27,297 nt of DNA, from IMG/VR virus record IMGVR_UViG_3300027805_000068, positions 1-27,297 of that record; one strand, 5' to 3'. A program made the translations under genes and the position numbers. This stretch comes from a virus. Lineage: Duplodnaviria > Caudoviricetes. Below, one piece after another: positions 14,051 to 21,672 of this stretch (its first letter is position 1; every line of letters begins with the position of its first letter). The notes beneath the pieces were generated by a model, which worked only from the letters and a program-made list of their open reading frames with translations, was not told where the DNA came from and made no database searches.

Positions 14051-17000
14051 ATGGCTACGCTTAACCAAATTGCTACTGCGTTACGCAGAGCAGACGCGGC
14101 TGGAGATGTCGAGGCCGCTACGCGATTAGCCGCTGCTTATCGTAAGTTAGAAGATGACTTAAAAAGCCGGTTTGAACCTCCCAAAGAACAGGCGGGTTTT
14201 ACTGGCGCATTTAAAGACGCTGTCACTACGCTTGGTCTAACCGACGAGGCTGCGGCATTTGCCGCCAATCCTACGGAAGAGAACCGTGCGGCTTTCCTCA
14301 AGGCTGCTGAGTCCAAGTACAAATCAGTTGGCGGGTTCGGTAAGGGCGAGAACTGGGAAGCCTTCAAGGAACTACTTGGTGGTTCGCTCGGTGCATTGGT
14401 TGCGCCTCTCGGTGCGGGTGTTGTTGGCGGCATACCGGGTTTTGCTGGTGTAAGCGGCGCTCAATACGGCATCCAAAATCTGCGCCGTCAGGCTGAAGAA
14501 CAACAGGCTGCTGCTGAAGCAGGTGAAGCCGTTCCCGAGTTGTCACTTGGTAGGGCCGCTGCCGCAGCCACTGGACAGGCCGCGTTAGATGTTGTTCCCG
14601 GCGCGTTAATCCTGCGTGGGTTAAGCAAGTTTCCGTTGGCGCAAGGACTCATGGCTGAAGGCACCGCGTCTCGTCGTGCTGCCGATGTACTTGCCGACGC
14701 TTTTGCTAATGAGAAACTGTCTCTAAAGGGTAACGTCGTTAAGGGCGTTGGTCTTGGCGTTGCCTTTGAAGTCCCACAAGAAATTGCTCAACAGGCTTTG
14801 GAACGATGGCAAGCAGGTCTGTCTTTAACAGACGATGAGGCCAAGGAAGAATTTAAGCAGGCTGCGATTGGCGCGGCTGTTCTCGGTGGTGGATTTGGCG
14901 CTATCGGTGGGTATGGTGCCTATCGTGGTGTGCAGGCAGAGAAAGCCAAAGAGATTGAAGATGCTCGGTTGAAGGCTCTTGCTGAAGAAAGAGAACGTGC
15001 TGAGATTGAAGAGAGTTTGTTTGCGGCACCCGCTGAAGGTGGAATACCCGCTGAATTCCTTGAACAGGCTCGACGCCGTGAGAGCGATGACATCGCTCGT
15101 AGTTTGCTTACACGTCCTACTGAAAGCGGTATTCCTTACGAACTTCTTGAAGAACCAGAACAGCGTGAAGCGCGTTTAGAAAACGAAGCCGTTCAAGAAG
15201 AGCGTCGTCAATACAGTGCACGAACATTGCGTGAAGCTGCCGAGGCAGAAGCTCTTGCACCTCGTGAAGATGAGGGCGCTCCATATTTCCCGCCTGAAGA
15301 ACAGGTAGAAGAGGATTTATTTCCGCCCAGTGCTGAAGCTCGTGCTGGCCTAGAGTTCCAGCAGGGTGAGCGGTTGATGGGTGACGAGGACATACTGGAG
15401 GGACTTGGTGCGCCTACCGAAAGTGGCATCCCCGGTTACATGTTTGAGCCACAGGCTCCGTCTACCGAAGGCGTACTTGAAGGACTAGGTGCGCCTACCG
15501 AGAGCGGCGTTCCTGCCGAAATGTTTGAGCCGACCCCGCGAGAGTTGGCTCTTGAAGTTATTCAAGTAAGCCCGACTATTAAAGCTATTGCCCAAGCGAC
15601 CGGACTCAATCAACCTAAAGCTGCTGCGTTGATGCGGCAGTTTGTGGACGAGGGGATCGTTGAGCAAAAAGGTAATAAGTTTAGAGTCGTTACTACCGAG
15701 GCTGCCGCTGAGCCGGAGGCTACCGATGTATCAGGCCCAACAGTTACTACTACAGAGACTGACACTGGAGCAGGTGGAAGAAGCACTGACCTGTTTACAT
15801 TGGGATCGCCAGCCGGAGAACTTGGTGCTCCGCCAGCTAGAGGCGCAGGACTGGATACTGCTGGCGACGTTACTGAACGGGTTGATGACCGAGAAAGAAA
15901 TGTACCCGCTGCATTAGAACCTCTTCCTACATCAGAGCCGCCTCCTACATCAAAGCCTCCTTCTGCACTGGAGCCGCCCCCTGCACTAGAAACAACGGGT
16001 GTCCTTGAAGGGCTAGGTGCGCCTACCGAGAGCGGTTTGCCGCCTGACATGATTGAGGGCTACACCGCCGAACGTGCGCGTGTGTCTGACCTGCGTACTC
16101 GTGCACTTGATTTCATCCGCGAGACTGGCAAGGGCAGTGCGCCTGATCTTCAAAAGGCGCTTGATATCCCGTTGTCTGAAGCCAAGACGTTGCGTAGCGC
16201 GTTGCTTGGTACGGGCGCTGTAGTTCAAAAGACCAACGTCAAGGCTGCTAAAACGGCGGGCCGTAGTTACTTTGTCACTGAAGGAACTTATACACCAGAT
16301 ATTACTGAGCGTGCTGCTGGAGTGGAGCGCACGACTGAGAAAGTTGACAAGTTAAGTAAACGACAGATTAGAGAGCAGCGCACTAAACAAGCCATAAGTC
16401 GTATGGGCATGGCTCCGTACGTTGAAGAAGAGACAGTGCCAGAAGCAGAAAGCCGTCGTCGTGAAATGGATGCGGCTGCTGAACTTGAAGCCAAGACTGA
16501 ACGCAAACTGCCTCCTACCCTTAGCCCAGATATAGGCAAGGGCGAGTACGGGCTTAGATACACAGATCCGGAAGGCGCTACCGTATACCGTGCATACCCT
16601 TCTGTGGGTGAGCGTAACGAGGCTCGTGCTCAGATTGCCAACGCTGGCGGTAAAGACATCGCTACCTTCTCGCGTATGGCGGAAGCCACTAAGTTTGAAC
16701 TTGATTACGCAAGGCGCGTTGCAACTCCCGCCATGAACAAAGCACAAGTACAGCGTGCTGTTCAGGGTATTCGTGCGGGTATGTCCAAGCTTAAAACACA
16801 GCTTGGTCTCTTTACTGAGGAAGAAGCGCCCACTCCGCAAAAGCCGACGCCTAAAAAAGTTACGCAAAAGGAACTTGTTGACTATGCCAAGCAAGTCATT
16901 GTGCAGGTGCGTGATGCGGGCAAACTCAAGAAATATTCGCGCCCAATTAGAGAAGTTCTTGATGCAGTAGAGCGCGGCGATACTGATCTCCGTGCCGAAT

Positions 17001-20000
17001 ACAAACGGCTGCAAAGGATTGAGACACGCCTTGAAACGGAAGCCTACGAAGTTGGTGAGGCTAAGCAGGCTCGGTTGGAGCCTTCCGAAATTGAAGGAGT
17101 TGAGGAAGCCGGAATAGAGTCTGCTGATGCAGCGATAAAGGAGCGTGACGAGTCTTACGCGCCGCTCGACTTCCGCAAACTTAGATTTAAGCGCGTACGT
17201 AATCCTCAAATTGACACGCCTCAATTTAAAAATTGGTTTGGGGAAAGTAAAGTTGTTGATAGCAACGGAGAACCACTCGTTGTTTATCACGGCATGCCCG
17301 GAGAATTTGAAGGGGAAACTTTATACAAATCAAAATACGGGGCTTTGGGGGAGGGCATTTACTTCACGAGTGACCCTGAAGCTGCGAGTCGCTTTGCGGC
17401 CGGGCTTAGGGGTTCAAGAGTTGGGGAAGAACCAAAAGTCCAAGGAAACGTAGTTCCGGCATATTTAAAAATCGAAAGGCCGTTTGATAACAACTTTTTT
17501 GTTGGAAACAAAGACTGGCAGGGATGGCTGGCATCCCTCATTGAATCAAAATTAAAATACAGCCCATCTTATTATGGGCCGTTTGGTCGCGCATACGCAC
17601 AAGACTTGCTGAATGATCTTAAGAATGGAGAGGCCACAGTAAAGGATGCGCTTTTCTTCCCGGTTGGCGGAGGCGAAACGCAATGGGGGAAAGACCTTCT
17701 TGATGCCGTAAGAAGTGCAAATTACTTCGATGGAATAATCCTAGAAAAATCTCAAAAAGGATTTGATGAATACCTTGTATTCGACAACAGCCAGATAAAG
17801 TCAGCAGTTGGTAACGTAGGTACGTTTAGCCGAGAAGATAATCGAATTCGGTTCCAAAAGCTCCGCAGCGAAACAATCGGGATGAGTGCTGACAATGTCA
17901 GGACTCTAGTTAGTAACATCATCTCCGGTTGGCGTAACCCACCTAACTTTGTTGTCGTGCAGAGTTATCTTGATCTGCCGTCAATAGAAGGGGCTGACCC
18001 CGAGACGTACGCAGACTCTATCGGTATCTCTATTGGCAATGATGTCTACATCATCGCTGATAACGTGCGTTCGCCACGGGATCTGAAGGCCACGGTATTC
18101 CATGAATCCCTAGGTCACTACGGTCTTGCACGGTTGTTCGGTGAGCAGCTTTTCAAAGTCATGCTCGATATCTACAACAGCAACCGTGCGATTGCAGCCG
18201 ATGCCGATGCGTGGCTTGAAGAGAACCCGAACACGTATCCTGAATCACAATTCACACGGGATGAGCGTCGGGCGCTGGCAGTAGAAGAAATCCTGTCGGA
18301 GATGTCCGAGGCTGGTCCGATTCAGAACATGAAGTGGCGCGCTGCGTTCAATCGCGTGGCGGCTTTGATCCGCAAGTTTGCTCGTGCGCTTAGTCAGTTG
18401 GTGGGCAAGAACCTTGCCTACAGCAACACCGAAGTGACTGACATCATCACGCAAGCGCACAACATGGTCATTAGCGGAAGGACTCAGCTTGTCCCGCGTC
18501 AGGACAACATCCGCTATATGAAAGCGAAACACAGAAAGATATTAACCGATGCCATGCGTCGGGTTCAGAGCGGTGCGCCAAGCGCGACGAAGGAGATTCT
18601 GGAAGGCAACATCAACGCCTTGGATAACCTTCCTAGTCGGATGCGTTCTTTCAAGCTCAGCACGTTCTCGCTGCATCACCTAATGCAGTTGTACGAGAAG
18701 TATGCACCTGCCTTCCGTCGTCTCAACATACTCGTTGAGCGCATGGCTAAAGACGCCTCGGATCTTATGGTTGAGCATGAGAAGAAAGCGTTTAAGTACC
18801 GCGAGGTCTTGCGTAACAATCCTAGATTTATTGATGCGTTCAACCAACTAGCTAACGACATCAATATTTCACAGACTCCGTTGCTTGCCGAGCAGTTAGA
18901 CAACAGAGGTAACTTCCTACGCTTTGTTCCTGATCAGGCTGTGATCCAGAGGATGCGTGGTATCCCTGCGAATAGCGCCGCGTACAACGCGCTGTCTCCA
19001 GAGGACAAGGTACTGCACAAGGCGGTGCAAGACTTCTCTGCGCTTCCTGCCGATATGCAGGCAATGGTGGCGGATGTATTTGGCGACTACCGTCGGTACG
19101 GCGATACTGCGTTCCAAGCCAAGTTGGAACAGTTCCTGAATGTCCTGCCGCCTAACGTGGTGGCTGCGATCCGCACCAAGTATCAAGGCAAACGCCTGAA
19201 GTATTACTTGCCGCTGCGTCGTGAAGGCACGTACAAACTAACTTATAAAACTCCAGACGCCAAAGATGTAAGCGAGTTTTACGAAAGTAAAGCGGCGTGG
19301 GAAGTAGGTAAAGAAAAAGCCGCCCGTGCAGGCGGGGTGGGTATGTCTGATGAACCAATTATCATCAGAGAGAATACGTACGAAAATGGACGACCGCCGA
19401 CCGGCTTGCTGAAAGAACTCAGTGACAATGTGGCAGAGGCACTGAGTGCTGTTAATGCCTCTACGCAAACTATTAACGATACCCAACGAATAATTTTTGA
19501 AACCTTTGTAGATTACATGCCGGGTTCGGCAGGAAACGACCTGCGACAAGACATGAGTTCTCGTCAAACGTGGGTATTTAACGGCGTTACTTACTACGGT
19601 CGTCTTGGCTATAACGAAGATGTGGTTGGTGTGTACGAGTCCTCCGTGCCGAGGATGCTCTATCGCATAAACGCGATGAAGTACACGATGCCGCTTGAGA
19701 AAGTTAAAGAGAAAATTAGCGAGCAATTAAAAACTTACGTTAATAATAAAGGCGCTCCGCAATACGCAGGCGTGCCTGATATCAGCACGGATTACGTAAG
19801 TGACTTGCAAAGCGAAGTCGAAGACCGAATCAGGTTTGCCAAAAACCCGTTTTATTCGGGTTACGTATATACGTTGTCCAAGGCAAACTACATCTACAGT
19901 ATTGCGCTGAACATTTCGTCTGCGCTTATCAACACGACCATCATTCCCATGATGGCTTGGCCTACTCTTGCTGCCAAGTATGGCGTGATCAATGCAAGTC

Positions 20001-21475
20001 GGGCTGTGTCGCAGGCAATGGGGATGTTCTTCCGTAATGCGTTCCGCGACCCGGCTACGGGTAGGTTGACGTTTAATCAGAACCCGTCGTTTGGTAACGG
20101 GCTGCAAAATCAGACCGCTCCGCATATGCAGGAGTTCGCTCAACTGCATCGTATGCTTGAGATGCGCTCGGTTACGGGTACATCGGCTGAACAAGAATTA
20201 CAGCAGGCACAGAACATTAACGTGCCCGGCTACGAGGGTTTAAGCGCCAAAGCAAACCTTGTGATGAGTTACGCTTTCCGTAGTTCGGAACGTATGAACC
20301 GTGAGGTCACGGCGCTTGCTGCCTATATGTTGGCTCGTAACATTGACGCTAACGGACAGAAGTTTGATCCGAACCGTGGGCAGGCAAGTGTCGGCAGAGC
20401 AACCGAAGATGCCATCCGTCTGAACTATGACGTGAACGGCGCTACGCTGCCTGAAACTAACAGCGGTCTGTACCAGACTGACATTGGTCGTATCGTGTTG
20501 ACGTTCAGAACCCACGCTCTGAACATGATCATCAACCTTGCCATGACGTTTAATCAGGCGGTTGAGAAGATCAACGTTAACGAACCAAACGCTGCTAACC
20601 GTAAACTGCTGCGCTCAATCGCCAGAAAGAAATTGCTGTATGTCTTTGGCTCGACGTACATGCTGGCAGGTATCAAGGGCTTGCCGCTCTTCGGTGCAGC
20701 CGAGGTGCTCGCGTCGATGCTCATGGGTGACGATGACGAGCCGTACGATCTTGAGCAAGAAGTGCTTGATGCAGTAGGCACGTTAGGTTTGAACGGCCCG
20801 ATCAACGAATTGCTTAACGTAGACATTGGTTCCAGAACGGGCTTTTATGGTCTTCTCTGGCGCGATGATCCAAAGCGGCTTGCCGAAGTTGGTATACCGG
20901 TTTACATAATGGAGCGCATTGCTGGCCCGACGTATGGCCTTGTTGAGGCAGCGCGGCGTGGGTTCAACGACTTCGCTGAAGGAGATATACAACGAGGATT
21001 TGAAGCAATTCTTCCTGCACCCCTGCGTAACCCGCTAAAGGCTATGCGATACGGTATAGAAGGTGCTTTAACTAGAGATGGTTTGCCTATCGTTGAGGAC
21101 GTTAGCGCCTACAACTCCATGATGCAGATACTAGGCTTTGCCCCGGCAGATCTGGCCGTGGCTCAGTCACAGCGCGGTGCGACGTACGAGATTGGCGAGA
21201 AGTTGAAAAACCGTCGTGTCGCTCTCTTGACTAACTTGTATGCGGCACGGAAGGCGGGGAACGCAGAGGCGGTAGAAAAAGCAATGGATGACATCCGGTC
21301 GTTCAACGAAGCCAATCCTGCCTACCGTATTAAGGGCAGCACTCTCCGCAAATCTTACGAAGAACGTGAGCGCCGTGCTCAACAAGCAGTTGGTGGAGTG
21401 TTCCAGCCAAGGAGCTTGCGTATCGCTACGTCTGAATACATGGCTGATTTGGACGAGGAAGAGGGGCTGCTCTAA
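14051..21475 (+). CDS. Large polyvalent internal virion protein (2474 aa): Gly-rich hydrophobic N-region, two winged-HTH domains, ADP-ribosyltransferase (ART-PolyVal-like), HExxxH metallopeptidase (MPTase-like), PLxRFG-like/LPD C-terminal region
   Basis: TPQFKNWFG.SKVVD.NGEPLVVYHG...G.GIYFT...GNVVPAYL...DGII...EYLVF...QIKSA.GN.GTF (17216-17857); VFHESLGHYGL (18101) plus downstream AVEEILSEMSE; YYLPLRREGTY (19202); last gene of the virion block. Confidence 0.85.
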   Translation: MATLNQIATALRRADAAGDVEAATRLAAAYRKLEDDLKSRFEPPKEQAGFTGAFKDAVTTLGLTDEAAAFAANPTEENRAAFLKAAESKYKSVGGFGKGENWEAFKELLGGSLGALVAPLGAGVVGGIPGFAGVSGAQYGIQNLRRQAEEQQAAAEAGEAVPELSLGRAAAAATGQAALDVVPGALILRGLSKFPLAQGLMAEGTASRRAADVLADAFANEKLSLKGNVVKGVGLGVAFEVPQEIAQQALERWQAGLSLTDDEAKEEFKQAAIGAAVLGGGFGAIGGYGAYRGVQAEKAKEIEDARLKALAEERERAEIEESLFAAPAEGGIPAEFLEQARRRESDDIARSLLTRPTESGIPYELLEEPEQREARLENEAVQEERRQYSARTLREAAEAEALAPREDEGAPYFPPEEQVEEDLFPPSAEARAGLEFQQGERLMGDEDILEGLGAPTESGIPGYMFEPQAPSTEGVLEGLGAPTESGVPAEMFEPTPRELALEVIQVSPTIKAIAQATGLNQPKAAALMRQFVDEGIVEQKGNKFRVVTTEAAAEPEATDVSGPTVTTTETDTGAGGRSTDLFTLGSPAGELGAPPARGAGLDTAGDVTERVDDRERNVPAALEPLPTSEPPPTSKPPSALEPPPALETTGVLEGLGAPTESGLPPDMIEGYTAERARVSDLRTRALDFIRETGKGSAPDLQKALDIPLSEAKTLRSALLGTGAVVQKTNVKAAKTAGRSYFVTEGTYTPDITERAAGVERTTEKVDKLSKRQIREQRTKQAISRMGMAPYVEEETVPEAESRRREMDAAAELEAKTERKLPPTLSPDIGKGEYGLRYTDPEGATVYRAYPSVGERNEARAQIANAGGKDIATFSRMAEATKFELDYARRVATPAMNKAQVQRAVQGIRAGMSKLKTQLGLFTEEEAPTPQKPTPKKVTQKELVDYAKQVIVQVRDAGKLKKYSRPIREVLDAVERGDTDLRAEYKRLQRIETRLETEAYEVGEAKQARLEPSEIEGVEEAGIESADAAIKERDESYAPLDFRKLRFKRVRNPQIDTPQFKNWFGESKVVDSNGEPLVVYHGMPGEFEGETLYKSKYGALGEGIYFTSDPEAASRFAAGLRGSRVGEEPKVQGNVVPAYLKIERPFDNNFFVGNKDWQGWLASLIESKLKYSPSYYGPFGRAYAQDLLNDLKNGEATVKDALFFPVGGGETQWGKDLLDAVRSANYFDGIILEKSQKGFDEYLVFDNSQIKSAVGNVGTFSREDNRIRFQKLRSETIGMSADNVRTLVSNIISGWRNPPNFVVVQSYLDLPSIEGADPETYADSIGISIGNDVYIIADNVRSPRDLKATVFHESLGHYGLARLFGEQLFKVMLDIYNSNRAIAADADAWLEENPNTYPESQFTRDERRALAVEEILSEMSEAGPIQNMKWRAAFNRVAALIRKFARALSQLVGKNLAYSNTEVTDIITQAHNMVISGRTQLVPRQDNIRYMKAKHRKILTDAMRRVQSGAPSATKEILEGNINALDNLPSRMRSFKLSTFSLHHLMQLYEKYAPAFRRLNILVERMAKDASDLMVEHEKKAFKYREVLRNNPRFIDAFNQLANDINISQTPLLAEQLDNRGNFLRFVPDQAVIQRMRGIPANSAAYNALSPEDKVLHKAVQDFSALPADMQAMVADVFGDYRRYGDTAFQAKLEQFLNVLPPNVVAAIRTKYQGKRLKYYLPLRREGTYKLTYKTPDAKDVSEFYESKAAWEVGKEKAARAGGVGMSDEPIIIRENTYENGRPPTGLLKELSDNVAEALSAVNASTQTINDTQRIIFETFVDYMPGSAGNDLRQDMSSRQTWVFNGVTYYGRLGYNEDVVGVYESSVPRMLYRINAMKYTMPLEKVKEKISEQLKTYVNNKGAPQYAGVPDISTDYVSDLQSEVEDRIRFAKNPFYSGYVYTLSKANYIYSIALNISSALINTTIIPMMAWPTLAAKYGVINASRAVSQAMGMFFRNAFRDPATGRLTFNQNPSFGNGLQNQTAPHMQEFAQLHRMLEMRSVTGTSAEQELQQAQNINVPGYEGLSAKANLVMSYAFRSSERMNREVTALAAYMLARNIDANGQKFDPNRGQASVGRATEDAIRLNYDVNGATLPETNSGLYQTDIGRIVLTFRTHALNMIINLAMTFNQAVEKINVNEPNAANRKLLRSIARKKLLYVFGSTYMLAGIKGLPLFGAAEVLASMLMGDDDEPYDLEQEVLDAVGTLGLNGPINELLNVDIGSRTGFYGLLWRDDPKRLAEVGIPVYIMERIAGPTYGLVEAARRGFNDFAEGDIQRGFEAILPAPLRNPLKAMRYGIEGALTRDGLPIVEDVSAYNSMMQILGFAPADLAVAQSQRGATYEIGEKLKNRRVALLTNLYAARKAGNAEAVEKAMDDIRSFNEANPAYRIKGSTLRKSYEERERRAQQAVGGVFQPRSLRIATSEYMADLDEEEGLL
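15020..16058 (+). repeat. Five dispersed (L)EGLGAPTESG(I/V/L)P-type repeats plus a 4 x 18-nt EPPP tandem (15917-15988)
   Basis: FAAPAEGGIPAEF, LTRPTESGIPYEL, ILEGLGAPTESGIPGY, VLEGLGAPTESGVPAE, VLEGLGAPTESGLPPD; the nucleotide core ggtgcgcctaccga is identical in three copies. Confidence 0.85.
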
Positions 21476-21672
21476 GCCACCCGCCACACTCTAACGCCAA
21501 GGTGTCCATCCTTGGACGCGGCATAGGCTTTCACCTTGATGCCGTGTGCCTTGGCGCGAGTGTCTACTATATAAATCAAACCGGCTGGACGGACGGTGGG
21601 GATGAAGAACGAGTCCCCAACGTCCATACCTTGAAAGGGAAAGATCCACTCAGGTTCGATCAACTTTTCCAT
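21472..21672 (-). CDS. Small conserved phage protein (FPF..M.VGDSFF.P...GVRVWR family), putative DNA-binding
   Basis: Recognisable recurrent phage motif pair; overlaps the primase end by 23 nt; last gene of the - strand block. Confidence 0.75.
   Translation of the reverse strand: MEKLIEPEWIFPFQGMDVGDSFFIPTVRPAGLIYIVDTRAKAHGIKVKAYAASKDGHLGVRVWRVA

Noticed and set aside
16352-17290. 312-aa antisense ORF inside the giant gene
   Set aside because: F/L/S-rich composition expected from the reverse complement of a K/E-rich coding strand; no motifs or RBS.
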